The notes beneath the pieces were generated by a model. The model made no database searches and was not told where the DNA came from. It was given only the letters and a program-made list of their open reading frames with translations. Position numbers and translations under genes: made by a program. From positions 201,094-265,093 of the forward strand of contig CAWGRK010000001.1 of assembly GCA_963824995.1 (NCBI GenBank): a DNA stretch of 64,000 nt. The letters are read 5' to 3'. Origin of the DNA: an uncultured Actinomycetes bacterium. GTDB taxonomy: Bacteria; Actinomycetota; Acidimicrobiia; Spongiisociales; DATADW01. Of the stretch, positions 1 to 10,983 are shown piece by piece (position 1 is the first letter of the stretch; each line of letters starts with the position of its first letter).

Positions 1-658
1 GGTCCACGGCGCGGTGCGCGCCATCCTCGAATCGGTGCGGACCGCAGTCGAAACCGAGCTTGGGGGTCGCAACGACAACCCCCTGGTCGCCGTCGAGGAG
101 CGTGTGGTGGTTCAGTCGGCCAACTTCCACCCCATGCTGATGGCGCTCGGGTTCGATGCGCTCCGGCCCGGGTTGATCCACGTCGGTGCGATCAGCGAGC
201 GGCGGATGAGCCATTTGTGGGAACGGGTATTCGCCGGAGGCACACCCGACGCGGGGATGTTGGCCTCGATCTCGGGCGGACCGGGGTTGTGGTACGCGGC
301 GGCGGCGAGGTTCTCGGAGCTTCGGCCGCTGGCCGCTCCGGCAAGCCTCGCCGTCCCCCCACTCGACCTGAACCACGAGGACCATGCCACCGCCGCCCCG
401 GCCACGGTCGCCGCCACGCACCGGGCGCTCAACCTTCTCGATGACATCCTGGTATGCGAGTTGATCTTCGCCCGCGACGTGATCGTGGCAGCGGGCGACC
501 GCCGGGTGGATGCACTCGGCTCAGGGGTGCGAGCGGCAATTGGGCAGATCGAGTCCGTCCTGCGGACGATTCCCCGACCGTGGTCACCGGCCGCGGTCCA
601 CGCTGCGGTGTCAGCGGCGAGCAGCGACATCGTCGCAGTGGCCGATTCAGCCGGGTAG
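1..658 (+). CDS. Aromatic amino acid ammonia-lyase (HAL/PAL family), C-terminal part, truncated by window edge
   Basis: Frame is open from base 2 (VHGAVR...). NDNPLV, SANFH, ISERR and EDH motifs are typical of histidine ammonia-lyase family C-terminal halves. Confidence 0.7.
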   Translation, partial: VHGAVRAILESVRTAVETELGGRNDNPLVAVEERVVVQSANFHPMLMALGFDALRPGLIHVGAISERRMSHLWERVFAGGTPDAGMLASISGGPGLWYAAAARFSELRPLAAPASLAVPPLDLNHEDHATAAPATVAATHRALNLLDDILVCELIFARDVIVAAGDRRVDALGSGVRAAIGQIESVLRTIPRPWSPAAVHAAVSAASSDIVAVADSAG

Positions 659-748
659 GGAGTTGCTCAAACGGCGGGTCGCTTGCGGCCGGGTCGCCAT
701 GTAGTGGCCGCTGAACTCCTCGGAGCCTGCTGCCGTCCGCCGTCTCTC

Positions 749-3700
749 TCAAATGTTCCTGCGGTACTGCCCACCCACCTCGTACAGGGCATGGGTCGTC
801 TGGCCCAGCGAGGCCACCCTGGCAGTCTCGAGCAAGGCGTCGAAGAGGTTGCCGCCGCTCACCGCCGTCTCCTGGAGCGTACGCAGTGCTTCCGGGGCCC
901 TGTCGGCATTGCGCTGGTGAAAGGCGGACAGGTCGGAGATGAGGCGGTCCTTCTCGGCGTCGGTGGACCGGACCAACTCCTCGGGGACGACAAATGGCGA
1001 GCCCTCCGACGAGAGGAAGGTGTTGACCCCGATCAGCGGTAGCTCGCCCGACTCCTTCTTTCGCTCGTAGAGAAGGCTCTCCTCCTGGATCCTTGTCCGC
1101 TGGTACTGCCGCTCCATTGCCCCGAGGACCCCGCCGCGGGCATCGATCCGCTCGAACTCGGCGAGCACCGCCTCCTCCACCAGATCGGTCAACTCCTCGA
1201 CGACGAACGACCCCTGCGTCGGGTTCTCGTTCTTGGCCAGTCCGTACTCGCGGCTGATGATGAGTTGGACCGCCAGGGCGCGGCGCACCGACTCCTCGGT
1301 GGGGGTGGTGATCGCCTCGTCGTAGGCGTTGGTGTGCAGGCTCTGGGCGTTGTCGTAGATGGCGTAGAGCGCCTGGAGGGTCGTCCGGATGTCGTTGAAC
1401 CCGATCTCCTGGGCGTGTAGTGAGCGGCCCGAGGTCTGGTTGTGGTACTTGAGCATCTGCGACCGGGGGCTTCCCCCGTAGCGGTGTCTCATCGCCTTGG
1501 CCCATATCCGGCGCGCCACCCTCCCCAGGACCGAGTACTCGGCGTCCATCCCGATCGAGAAGAAGAAGGAGAGATTGGGGGCGAAGTCGTCGATGGCCAT
1601 CCCCCGCGTCAGGTAGTACTCGACGTAGGTGAACCCGTTGGCCAGGGTGAAGGCGAGTTGCGAGATGGGGTTGGCCCCCGCCTCCGCCATGTGGTAGCCC
1701 GAGATCGAAACCGAGTAGAAGTTGTCGACGTCACGGTCGACGAAGCTCTGCTGGATGTCACCCATCATCCGCAGGGCGAACTCGGTCGAGAAGATGCAGG
1801 TGTTCTGAGCCTGGTCCTCCTTGAGGATGTCGGCCTGGACCGTCCCTCGCACCGCCGAGAGCGTCTCGGACCTGATCCGTTGGTAGACCTCGGCAGGGAG
1901 CACCTCGTCGCCACTCACGCCGAGCAGCATCAGCCCGAGACCGCTGTGACCGGGCGGTAGCACCCCGTGGTAGCCGGGACGGGGCCGATCACCGTATATC
2001 GATGCGATGCGGTTCTCGATCTCCTCGCCGATACCCTGTTCGAGGATCCATTTCTCGCAGCCCTGGTCGATTGCGGCGTTCATGAAGAAGGCGAGGATCA
2101 TCGGGGCGGGGCCGTTTATCGTCATCGAGACCGAGGTTGCCGGGTCGGTGAGGTCGAACCCCGAGTAGAGCTTCTTGGCGTCGTCCACGGTGGACACCGA
2201 TACCCCGGAGTTGCCCACCTTCCCGTATATGTCGAGGCGGCGGTGGGGGTCCTCCCCGTAGAGGGTCACGGAATCGAATGCTGTGGAGAGCCGCTTGGCC
2301 GGCATGCCTCGGGCCAGGTAGTGGAACCGACGGTTGGTCTGCTCCGGCGGGCCTTCACCGGCGAACATCCGGGTCGGGTCCTCTGCTGTCCGCTTGAAGG
2401 GAAACACCCCGGCGGTGTAGGGAAACTCTCCGGGGATGTTCTCCTGGAGCATCCAGCGCAGGCGGTCACCCCAACCGCGGTAGCGTGGGGTCGCCACCTT
2501 GGGGACCCGGGTCCCCGACAGGGTGGTGTGGTAGAGCGGAACACGGATCTGGCGGCCCCGCACCAGATAGACGAAGTCCTCTCCGGCATACTCGGCGACC
2601 AGGCCGTCCCAGCGCTCCAATAGCTTGCGGCACTCCGGATCGAGCCGCTCCTCGGCTGCGGCCACGGCCTCATCCATCCGTTTTGGCGTCACTTGTTGCG
2701 GTCCTGCCGCGTCCAGCGACGCCAAAACCGATTTGGCGCCCTCGAGGCGGTAGAGGTCTTCGGCGGCATCGGACTGCTCCTCCACCCAGGCGTCGTAACG
2801 GCGGATCGACTCGACGATCTCTGCGAGGTAACGGGTGCGGGACGGTGGGACGACGTGCTGCTTGTCCGCCTGGTCCACCGGGAGGTTCAAGTTCACCGGG
2901 AACGAAACCCCGGTCTTGGTGGCCAGCGCCCCGGTGAGTGCCCGGTAGAAGAGGTTCGTCGCCGGGTCGTTGAAGTCCGACGCCACGGTGAGGTACACCG
3001 GCAGGTCTGCGTCGTCGCCGTCGAACTGGACCCGGTTGCGCCGCACCTGCTTGCGAACGTCGCGGAGGGCGTCGAGGGCACCCTGCTTGTCCGCCTTGTT
3101 GATGGCGACGAGGTCGGCGTAGTCGAGCATGTCGGTCTTCTCGAGTTGGGTGGCCGCCCCGTACTCGGGGGTCATCACGTACACCGAGAGGTCGCAGTGG
3201 TCCACGATCTCGGTGTCGGACTGGCCGATGCCCGAGGTCTCCAGGATGACGAGGTCGAAGCCGGCGGCGCGCACCACGTCCACCGCCGTCTGGACGTGGG
3301 GCGAGAGCGCCAGGTTGGGCTGACGAGTGGCAAGCGAGCGCATGTATGCCCTGGGATGGTGGATCGAGTTCATCCTGATGCGGTCGCCCAGCAGCGCTCC
3401 ACCGGAGCGGCGGCGCGAGGGATCGACCGACACCACGGCGATGGTCCGGTCTTCGTACTCGGCGAGGTAGCGGCGCACCACCTCGTCCACCAGCGAGGAT
3501 TTGCCCGATCCGCCGGTGCCTGTGACCCCGACCACCGGGGCACCGCTGTCGGCGGCCCGTCTCCGGATCTCCTCGAACACCTCGGGGTACTTGTCGGGGT
3601 AGTTCTCGGCGGCGGATACCAACCGTCCGACCAACTGCGGGTTGGATGTGCCCAGCTCGGCGAGGTCCGCCCCGTTCAACTCCCCGAGCGGGAAGTCGGC

Positions 3701-4126
3701 ACGGGCGATCATGTCGTCGACCATCCCCTGGAGACCGAGGCTGCGCCCGTCGTCGGGCGAGTAGATCCGGGCGACGCCGTAGCGGGCGAGCTCCTCGCCT
3801 TCCTCGGGGAGGATGGTGCCCCCTCCACCCCCGAAGATCCGGATGTGCTCGGCCCCGCGGTCCACGGTCAGGTCCCTCAGATACCGGAAGAACTCCATGT
3901 GGCCGCCCTGGTACGAGGTCACCGCGATCGCCTGGGCGTCCTCTTCGACCGCCGCATCGACTATCTCCTCGCCCGACCGGTTGTGCCCGAGATGGATGAC
4001 CTCGGCCCCCGAGGCCTGGAGGATCCTCCGGAAGACGTTGATCGAAGCGTCGTGCCCATCGAACAAGGTGGTGGCGGTGACGAACCGGACCTTGTGCGCC
4101 GGCCGCGCCTGTTCCCGGTCGCTCAC
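749..4126 (-). CDS. icmF: Fused isobutyryl-CoA mutase / MeaI GTPase (AdoCbl-dependent)
   Basis: 1125 aa. N-terminal B12-binding domain (FDGHDASIN), P-loop [15 protein letters not shown] and NKAD GTPase motifs, then a mutase barrel ([33 protein letters not shown]). Confidence 0.95.
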   Translation of the reverse strand: MSDREQARPAHKVRFVTATTLFDGHDASINVFRRILQASGAEVIHLGHNRSGEEIVDAAVEEDAQAIAVTSYQGGHMEFFRYLRDLTVDRGAEHIRIFGGGGGTILPEEGEELARYGVARIYSPDDGRSLGLQGMVDDMIARADFPLGELNGADLAELGTSNPQLVGRLVSAAENYPDKYPEVFEEIRRRAADSGAPVVGVTGTGGSGKSSLVDEVVRRYLAEYEDRTIAVVSVDPSRRRSGGALLGDRIRMNSIHHPRAYMRSLATRQPNLALSPHVQTAVDVVRAAGFDLVILETSGIGQSDTEIVDHCDLSVYVMTPEYGAATQLEKTDMLDYADLVAINKADKQGALDALRDVRKQVRRNRVQFDGDDADLPVYLTVASDFNDPATNLFYRALTGALATKTGVSFPVNLNLPVDQADKQHVVPPSRTRYLAEIVESIRRYDAWVEEQSDAAEDLYRLEGAKSVLASLDAAGPQQVTPKRMDEAVAAAEERLDPECRKLLERWDGLVAEYAGEDFVYLVRGRQIRVPLYHTTLSGTRVPKVATPRYRGWGDRLRWMLQENIPGEFPYTAGVFPFKRTAEDPTRMFAGEGPPEQTNRRFHYLARGMPAKRLSTAFDSVTLYGEDPHRRLDIYGKVGNSGVSVSTVDDAKKLYSGFDLTDPATSVSMTINGPAPMILAFFMNAAIDQGCEKWILEQGIGEEIENRIASIYGDRPRPGYHGVLPPGHSGLGLMLLGVSGDEVLPAEVYQRIRSETLSAVRGTVQADILKEDQAQNTCIFSTEFALRMMGDIQQSFVDRDVDNFYSVSISGYHMAEAGANPISQLAFTLANGFTYVEYYLTRGMAIDDFAPNLSFFFSIGMDAEYSVLGRVARRIWAKAMRHRYGGSPRSQMLKYHNQTSGRSLHAQEIGFNDIRTTLQALYAIYDNAQSLHTNAYDEAITTPTEESVRRALAVQLIISREYGLAKNENPTQGSFVVEELTDLVEEAVLAEFERIDARGGVLGAMERQYQRTRIQEESLLYERKKESGELPLIGVNTFLSSEGSPFVVPEELVRSTDAEKDRLISDLSAFHQRNADRAPEALRTLQETAVSGGNLFDALLETARVASLGQTTHALYEVGGQYRRNI

Positions 4127-4170
4127 CGTATCTCTGCGATCATCGGGGACAATCCTGGCACCCCGAACGG

Positions 4171-4210
4171 GTCAACGCTGCCCAGTCAACGCTGCGCGGG
4201 TCAACGCGGC
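4171..4210. repeat. Three tandem GTCAACGC(T/G)GC direct repeats upstream of icmF
   Basis: Copies start at 4171, 4185 and 4200 in the intergenic region 5' of icmF. Confidence 0.7.
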
Positions 4211-4234
4211 GGAGCCGTCGCCCACCGCCACTGC

Positions 4235-5053
4235 TCACCCATACCTCTGGATCATCTCGTCGTTGAACCCGGGCCAGGTGGCCATCGCCCACTTGTCGAA
4301 GGGTCGGTCGGTTAGAGCGATGGACGCCAACCCCGCCACGGGGTCGACCCAGAGGAACGTCCCCGCCCCTCCGAAGTGCCCGAACGTGGCCGAGGAGTTC
4401 GTCGTCCCCGTCCAGTGCGGTTTCTTCGCACCGCGGATCTCGAAGCCGAGTCCCCACGGGTTCGGGTCGAACGAGCCGATGCCGGGGAGCACACCCTTCA
4501 ACTCGGGGAAGTGGGGTCGTGTGGCTTCAGCCAGCGTGCCCTGCCCGATCAGGGTCGGTGCGAGGAGCTCGCGGCCAAAGCGGAGAAGGTCGTCGAGAGT
4601 GCTGTAGATCTCGTGGGCCGGTGAGCCGCGCAACACCGTATCCGACAAGCCAAGCGGCTCGATGACGGCCTCGGCGAGATAGGTCTCGAACGGCATCCCG
4701 GCACGCAGTGCCACGTGGTCGGCGAGCTTCTCGATCCCGATGTTGGAGTAGATGCGACGCTCCCCGGGCTTGGCCAGCAGCCGGTCCTGGTCGGGCGCCA
4801 AACCCGAGGCGTGGGCCAGCAAGTGGCGAACCGTCGCCGGCCCGGCGGGTTCGTCGAGGGTGAGAGTGCCCTCCTCGAGTGCGACCAGGCAGGCAAGGGC
4901 CACGAGGAGCTTGCTCACCGAGGCGATGCGGGTCTGCCAGTCGAGCGGTCCCCCCGCGGCGACGGTCTCGGTGGTGGTGGTGACCGCGGCGGCGACGGTG
5001 TCGACGGGCCACTGGGCCAGAAGCGGACCAATGTCATCCATCGGTTTATCCAT
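4235..5053 (-). CDS. Serine hydrolase, beta-lactamase/esterase family
   Basis: SxxK (SVSK), LLAHASGL, YSN and FGHFG motifs; start placed at ATG 5053 (or 5041). Confidence 0.85.
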   Translation of the reverse strand: MDKPMDDIGPLLAQWPVDTVAAAVTTTTETVAAGGPLDWQTRIASVSKLLVALACLVALEEGTLTLDEPAGPATVRHLLAHASGLAPDQDRLLAKPGERRIYSNIGIEKLADHVALRAGMPFETYLAEAVIEPLGLSDTVLRGSPAHEIYSTLDDLLRFGRELLAPTLIGQGTLAEATRPHFPELKGVLPGIGSFDPNPWGLGFEIRGAKKPHWTGTTNSSATFGHFGGAGTFLWVDPVAGLASIALTDRPFDKWAMATWPGFNDEMIQRYG

Positions 5054-5130
5054 GGCCGGAGGTGCCGCGCTTCCTAGGGGCACAGCGGGCACTGTATGCA
5101 AGGTCCGACGCGCCCGTAGAATCCGAGACC

Positions 5131-5346
5131 GTGGAGGAACAGGCTCGCCACAGCGTTTTTGGGCCTCTGAACGGTGTTCGCACTGTTCTCGTGGTCGGAG
5201 CGGCCGTCGCCGCACTCATCGCAGCCGCTTTCGGGCAATGGGTGGTCACCATCGTCCTCGCCGTCGGCATCGCGGCACATGGCCTCCTTTGGGGGTACCT
5301 GTGGCGGAACCGCGAGCAGACCGACGACGGCGACCTCGAGATCTAG
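5131..5346 (+). CDS. Small hypothetical membrane protein (2 TM)
   Basis: Two hydrophobic segments; fills the gap between two minus-strand genes; GTG start assumed. Confidence 0.55.
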   Translation: MEEQARHSVFGPLNGVRTVLVVGAAVAALIAAAFGQWVVTIVLAVGIAAHGLLWGYLWRNREQTDDGDLEI

Positions 5347-5357
5347 CCCGCCTGCCC

Positions 5358-6305
5358 TCAGGCGGCGTCCACCATCTCCCTGACCTCGCCGGCGAACCGC
5401 TCCATCGTCTCGGCGTCATATGGCGCCGGCACCTCGGCGATGGCGGTGGCAAAGCCGAGTTCCTTGTAGGAGATGAGCCGCTCGGCGACCTGTTCGGCGG
5501 TGCCTACCCAGAAGGTGACGTCGTCCTCGACGTTGCTCATCGGAGTGCGGTTGTGCTCCATCTGCGACTCCCACACCCTCCTCGCCTCGGCGGGATCGTC
5601 GCGGATCACCGGCTTGCAGCCCACGGTCATCTCGATCTCCGATGGGTCCCTGCCCACCTCTTCGCAGTGCCGGCGCAACACGTCCACCTTGTGGGACAGC
5701 GTCTCCAGCGTCCCCATCCCGTTCCAGAGGTCGGCGTACTTGGCGACGGTGCGCAGCGTCTTCCGCTCCCCGGTCCCACCGATCATGATGGGAAGACGCT
5801 CTTGGAGCGGCAGTGGCTGGTGCTTGAGCTGCTCGAACTCGTAGTGGTCGCCCCGGTGGGTGACTTCCTCGCCGTCGAGGACCCTCCTCATGACGCTTAC
5901 GGCTTCGTCGAGCCAATCGAGACGGCGACCGGCGCTCGAGCCGAAGTCGATTCCATGGGCGACGTGCTCCAACTCGAACCAGGCTCCCCCGATCCCGAGG
6001 ATGGCGCGGCCCCCGCTTATGTGGTCGATGGTGGCGGCGAGCTTGGCCACCAGGGCCGGGTTGCGGAAGGTGTTGGCCCCGACGAGCAATCCCAACCGGG
6101 CACGCTCGGTCACTTTGGCCCATGCCGCCAGCGTGGACCATCCCTCGAATATCGGCTGGTAGGGGTCACCAAAGATGGCGTAGAGATGATCCCAAACCCA
6201 AACTTGGTCGTACCCGAGGCGGTCGGCGTCCACCGCAAAAGCCTCGACCTCCGGCCAAGAGGCCGACTGCGACCAGGGGAGTATGCCGAGCTTGAAGCCG
6301 CTCAT
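5358..6305 (-). CDS. LLM-class (probably F420-dependent) oxidoreductase
   Basis: WVWDHL, FRNPALVAKLAATIDHISGGR, GIGGAWFELEH and PIMIGGTGERKTL motifs. Confidence 0.88.
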   Translation of the reverse strand: MSGFKLGILPWSQSASWPEVEAFAVDADRLGYDQVWVWDHLYAIFGDPYQPIFEGWSTLAAWAKVTERARLGLLVGANTFRNPALVAKLAATIDHISGGRAILGIGGAWFELEHVAHGIDFGSSAGRRLDWLDEAVSVMRRVLDGEEVTHRGDHYEFEQLKHQPLPLQERLPIMIGGTGERKTLRTVAKYADLWNGMGTLETLSHKVDVLRRHCEEVGRDPSEIEMTVGCKPVIRDDPAEARRVWESQMEHNRTPMSNVEDDVTFWVGTAEQVAERLISYKELGFATAIAEVPAPYDAETMERFAGEVREMVDAA

Positions 6306-6418
6306 TCCCCGGCCACCTTGCTGACGAACGTGGGTTTCACCACTTGCTCACCTCCTGTAACCGACTATCACCGCTGCCCAATCGGGTGTCCACTCTGCCC
6401 GAGCGGAACGCGGCGTGC

Positions 6419-7631
6419 TCATCGGCTCACTCCAGCCTCGCCTTCGCTGAGGCGATCGGGAGTGACGACCCGGGCGATTGCGACGGTGAGCAACGCCACG
6501 GCGACCGCCGCCAGCAGGTAGGTCGCCCGCACGCCGCCTGTGCGGGCGATCGCTCCTCCTACGAGCGCTCCGATGGGGATGACGCCGTAGCCGAACAACC
6601 GGAACGTGGCCACTACCCGGCCGAGCAGCCGATCCGGAGTCACCGCCTGCCGGATGGAGCGCCCCACGACGTTGAAGACCCCGATAGAGGCTCCTGACAA
6701 CAGGACACCGACGCCTGCCAGGAGCACGCCGGATGCCAACCCGGTCGCTGCCAGCGCCGCGGCCTCCACCCCCATCGGAGCGATCAGCATCGCCCGCCGA
6801 CCGAAGCGGGTCACCAGACGCTGCGCGGCGAGCGACCCGGCGATCCCGCCCAGGGCGCCGACGCCGATGAGCACCCCGAATCCGACCTCGCTGAGGTCGA
6901 GTTGTTCGAGGGCCAACAACACCAGGAGGCTGCTGGCCGCAGTGGCCGCCAGATTCACCAGCGAGATGGTGATCATCAGGCCTCTCAACAGCGGATGGCC
7001 CCACAGGTACTTGAAGCCTTCAGCGATGTCGGCCGATAGCGATCTCGCCTCGCCGCTCTGTTCGGCGCGCAAAGGACGGCTGATCCCGGCCACCAGGGCG
7101 GCGCCGCCGAGGAAGGTGACCGCGTCCAGGCCAAACGGGATGGCGGCCGACATGGCGAACAGCCACCCTCCCAGCGGCGCACCCACCACGTCGTTGGTGA
7201 GGATCTCCACGGCGATCATCCGGCTGTTTGCCTGCTCCAACTGCCCGCTCGGAGCGACCATCGGGATCGCCGCCTGGCTGGCCGAGTCGACCAGCACCTC
7301 TCCGGCGCCGATCAAAAGCGCCACCAGGTAGATGGAAATCAGCGATTGGTTTCCGCCGACGACCAGCCAGGCGAAACCGGCCACGGCGAGCCCCCGCCCC
7401 AGTTGGCTCACCGCGATCAGCCACCTCCGATCGGATCGGTCGGCGATGACCCCGGCAACCGGCGAGAAGATGATCCACGGAAGAAAGCTGGCGGCGGTGA
7501 CCGCGCCGATGGCCACCGGGTCCCTGGTCAACGTGGAGGCGAGGAGGGGAAATGCGGTGATCCGCACCCCGTCTCCCAGGTTGGAGAGCGCCGAGCCACC
7601 CCACAGCAACCAGAAGTCGCCGCGACCTCAC
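6419..7631 (-). CDS. MFS transporter (MFS_3/EntS-like); 5' end probably affected by an indel
   Basis: About 12 TM segments, GVIADRSDRR motif A, PDRLLGRV. The N-terminal DFWLLW lies just after an in-frame TGA, while a GTG at 7631 is in another frame. Confidence 0.85.
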
Positions 7632-7642
7632 CGATCACCCCC

Positions 7643-8611
7643 TCACCCGATCGTGGCTTCGATCCGCTCCTTCACCTCATCGTCGAGTGCCTCGAGCACT
7701 TCGAGCGAAGCCATGTTCTCTTCCACCTGCTCGGGCCTGCTGGCGCCGGTGATGACCGAGGAGACGTTCGGGTTGGCGGCGCACCAGGCGATGGCGAGTT
7801 GAGCCATGGTGCAACCGAGGTCGTCGGCGATCCCCCGTAGCGCCTCCACTCGCTCAATCCGCTCCTGATCGGTGAGGCGATGCTGGAGCCACTCGTAACC
7901 GGGTAGCGCTCCCCGCGTCCCCTCGGGTATCCCCTCGCGGTACTTCCCGGTGAGGAGCCCGGAAGCGAGCGGGCTGAAAGTGGTCAACCCGAGGCCGATG
8001 TCGCCATACAGCCGGGCGAATTCCACCTCGACCTTGTTCCGGTCGAGCAGGTTGTACGACGGTTGCTCCATCTGCGGAGGGTGGAGGTGGTGGCGGCGGG
8101 CAACGTCCCAGGCAGCCTGGATCGCATCGGCCGGCCACTCCGACGTCCCCCAATAGAGGACCAGCCCCCGGTCGATCATGTCGTGCATCGCCCACACCGT
8201 CTCCTCGATCGGCGTCTCTGGGTCGGGGCGATGACAGAACACCAGGTCCACGAACTCCAACCCCAACCTCTCGATCGATCCCTCGATCGCCTGGCGGAGG
8301 TACTTCCGATTGAGTGTGTTGGTGGTGTTGACATCTTTGTCGAGGCCCCAGAAGAACTTCGTGGAGACCAGGTAGCTGTGCCTCGGCCACCCCAACTCGG
8401 CCAGGACCGACCCCATGATCCGCTCCGACTCTCCCCCGGCGTACACCTCGGCGTTGTCGAAGAAGTTGACGCCCGCCTCGTGGGCGGCCTCCATACAGGC
8501 GAGCGCCTTGCCCGTGTCCAACTGAGCGCCAAAGGTCACCCAAGATCCGAACGACAAGACGCTGAGCCGCACGCCGGCGCTGCCGAGCCTCCTGTACTCC
8601 ATCTCCGCCAT
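7643..8611 (-). CDS. Aldo/keto reductase (Kv-beta-like subfamily)
   Basis: [34 protein letters not shown] and [12 protein letters not shown] motifs. Confidence 0.92.
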   Translation of the reverse strand: MAEMEYRRLGSAGVRLSVLSFGSWVTFGAQLDTGKALACMEAAHEAGVNFFDNAEVYAGGESERIMGSVLAELGWPRHSYLVSTKFFWGLDKDVNTTNTLNRKYLRQAIEGSIERLGLEFVDLVFCHRPDPETPIEETVWAMHDMIDRGLVLYWGTSEWPADAIQAAWDVARRHHLHPPQMEQPSYNLLDRNKVEVEFARLYGDIGLGLTTFSPLASGLLTGKYREGIPEGTRGALPGYEWLQHRLTDQERIERVEALRGIADDLGCTMAQLAIAWCAANPNVSSVITGASRPEQVEENMASLEVLEALDDEVKERIEATIG

Positions 8612-8709
8612 CACACCACCTCTCGGTTTGGCATCAGCCTATGGGGGTGATGGGACGTCCGGTTCAAGTAGGGACTTTCGGCTGTTCCCTCGGTGGCAGC
8701 CGGTTGTCA

Positions 8710-8945
8710 TGAACCTGACCGGGCTCGCCTTTGTCTCGCGCGCCGCGGGTCGTCACATGGTGGAGCAGGGCTCTGGTGGCGCCATAATCAACATCGCCTC
8801 GATCGACGCCCTCCATCCCTCGATGGTGGGACTCGCCGCCTACGACTCCTCCAAAGGGGGAGTGCTCATGTTCACCCGGAGCCTCGCCCTCGAACTGGCG
8901 CCACACGGCATACGGGTCAACGCCATAGCCCCCGGCGGAATGAAT
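8710..8945 (+). pseudogene. Internal fragment of a short-chain dehydrogenase (SDR)
   Basis: IINIASI, YDSSK (YxxxK) and GIRVNAIAPG are present, but there is no TGxxxGxG N-terminus and the frame runs into the antisense strand of the neighbouring gene. Confidence 0.75.
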
Positions 8946-9805
8946 CAGTCCCCCGGCACGAGAGCGCCCCGAAGGCCGAAGACGCGCTCGGCGAGCGCGG
9001 TGTCACCTTCGAGCCGCGAATGCGAGCTCGCCTCGTTGCGGCCGATCATCCGAACGGCCCGCCGCCACAGGACCTCGGGATCGGCGCGCACCACGGCTGC
9101 GGGGTGCCGGCCCCGCTTGACCATCTCCCAATCGGTCCCGTTCGATGCCACCGCCCATTGGCGATCCACCGGATCGTCGGCGATCACATGCACTTCGGTG
9201 CCGGCCGGGGCCTCAACTCCATCGAAGGTGGCAGGTAGGGCCCTCATCATCGTGTCGAGCACCAACCTCGCCAGGTGGGGATCGGTCAGCGCCGGACGGT
9301 CGGTCGCCAGCCTGATCTGTTGCTGGTGGACCCATCGCTCGACCAGTTCTCGGGCGACATCGAGCCAACCAGGTGCCGGGGTGCCTGCCATCGCCCACGA
9401 CACCACCCACGCCGGACCGTTGGGCGGGAGCATCCGCAGATGCAACTCGGTCTTCGGCCCGAGCCAGGTGAGCAGATCGAGGCACAGCTTGTGGCTCCAG
9501 ACTTCGCTCGCCTCTACCTGGGTGTGGTTGCGGTGATCCAATTCGGTGATGATCTCCTCGAGCGGCTTGTCCACCGGGATCGCGTCGAGCACGTGGCCGT
9601 CGCGCTGCGCCGACAATCGGTTGAGGTCGTTGTGGATCAGATGCCTCACCACTGCGTGGACGTCCCACCCCGGACAGACGGTCTGCTTGGTCCAATCGTC
9701 GTCTTGAAAGCTGGAGATGAGCGCCAGCACGGCCGAGCGCTCCCGATTGAGATAGGGGCCGGCGCCGATCGGCTCTCCAAGTGCATCCCAGTCCAAGCGC
9801 CTCAT
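8945..9805 (-). CDS. Maleylpyruvate isomerase family (MDMPI/DinB superfamily) protein
   Basis: DWTKQTVCPGWDVHAVVRHL and ERWVHQQQIR motifs; ATGA overlap with the upstream permease stop. Confidence 0.8.
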   Translation of the reverse strand: MRRLDWDALGEPIGAGPYLNRERSAVLALISSFQDDDWTKQTVCPGWDVHAVVRHLIHNDLNRLSAQRDGHVLDAIPVDKPLEEIITELDHRNHTQVEASEVWSHKLCLDLLTWLGPKTELHLRMLPPNGPAWVVSWAMAGTPAPGWLDVARELVERWVHQQQIRLATDRPALTDPHLARLVLDTMMRALPATFDGVEAPAGTEVHVIADDPVDRQWAVASNGTDWEMVKRGRHPAAVVRADPEVLWRRAVRMIGRNEASSHSRLEGDTALAERVFGLRGALVPGD

Positions 9806-10983
9806 CCTTCCTCTGTACGGGCCGCCCTCCAGGCATCGGCGATGCGGACCCTCGCACCGGTGCGCAGGATGGCACCCCGGTAGAGCCGTGCCGCCAGTGG
9901 TATCAGGATGGCGATGCTGGCCAGGCAGACGACGACTGAGGCCACCACCTCCCACGGCGCAACCTCGCCAAGAGTGATCCGCGCCGGCATCACCATCGGG
10001 GCCACCGGTGGGATGAACGAGGCGACGCGGGCGAGGGTAGAACTCGGATCTTCGAGGGCGGCGAATGCCAGGAAGAAGCCCACCAACACGACCATGGTGA
10101 GTGGGGTGGTCACATTCTGCAGTTCCTCCTGGCGGGAGACGAGCGAGCCTGCCACGGCGAAGAGGGCTGCGTAGAAGGTGAAACCGATCACGAACCATCC
10201 CACCACCGCCCAGATGGCCGGCCAGGCCGCTTGGGGCAACTCGACGAATCCTGTCAGAACGACGGCGGCCAGCGCAGTGCCCACGGTGAGCAGCAACTGG
10301 AACATCGCCACCACACCGATACCCATGACCTTTCCCGCAAGCAGCTGGCGGGCGGTCACGGCGGAGAGGATGACCTCCACCACCCGGGTCGACTTCTCCT
10401 CGACCACACCGGCGGCAACGGCGAACCCGTAGCCGAAGATCTGCCCATAGAGCAGGAACACAGCGAAGAAGGCGATGGCCCCGGCGCCCTCCGCCTCGCC
10501 CGGTTGGGGGTCAAGCGCCCTCACGTCGAGCGGATCGGGTGTGAGCGCCGAGGTCACCTCGTCGGGCGCGAGCCCTGCCTCCCCTAGAGCCCCAACGACC
10601 TCCAATTGTGCCGAGGCAGCCTGCAGGGCGGTTTCGAGGGCTGGATCCAGTTCCTGATCCACCACGATCTCGTCCCCATCCACCACCACGGCGTCTACGT
10701 CGCCATCTGTCAGCGAGGCTTCGATCTGATCCGGTTCCAGGGACTGGGAGGTGACCACGATGCCGAACTCGGGCGCAGTGGCTTCCACCGTGTCAGCCAG
10801 CGCCGCCGAGCCCTCACCGACGACCCCGAGCACCAATTCATCGGGGTCTCCGAGACCGAGCAGCTGGGGGACGAAGGCGAAGGCGCCGAGGAGGACGATG
10901 CCAACGATGGTCGAGATGATGAACGATCGATCCCGCACCCGCTCGGTTATCTCACGGCGGGCGACGAGGAGCGTGGGGCTCAT
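9802..10983 (-). CDS. ABC-2 type exporter permease (NatB/YhaP-like)
   Basis: VARREITERVR, VVEEKSTRVVEVILS and LLAGKV motifs; multiple TM segments. Confidence 0.88.
   Translation of the reverse strand: MSPTLLVARREITERVRDRSFIISTIVGIVLLGAFAFVPQLLGLGDPDELVLGVVGEGSAALADTVEATAPEFGIVVTSQSLEPDQIEASLTDGDVDAVVVDGDEIVVDQELDPALETALQAASAQLEVVGALGEAGLAPDEVTSALTPDPLDVRALDPQPGEAEGAGAIAFFAVFLLYGQIFGYGFAVAAGVVEEKSTRVVEVILSAVTARQLLAGKVMGIGVVAMFQLLLTVGTALAAVVLTGFVELPQAAWPAIWAVVGWFVIGFTFYAALFAVAGSLVSRQEELQNVTTPLTMVVLVGFFLAFAALEDPSSTLARVASFIPPVAPMVMPARITLGEVAPWEVVASVVVCLASIAILIPLAARLYRGAILRTGARVRIADAWRAARTEEG

Noticed and set aside
2693..4315. Long antisense or alternate-frame ORFs (for example 2693-4315, 4752-6521, 28450-30024, 42052-43287, 54903-56537)
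   Set aside because: They are shadows of well-supported genes on the other strand or frame, expected in high-GC DNA, and carry no family motifs.
4235..5053. Antibiotic-resistance beta-lactamase (and VanY as vancomycin resistance)
   Set aside because: The hydrolase lacks a signal peptide and resembles cytoplasmic esterases; the VanY-like gene has no van cluster context.
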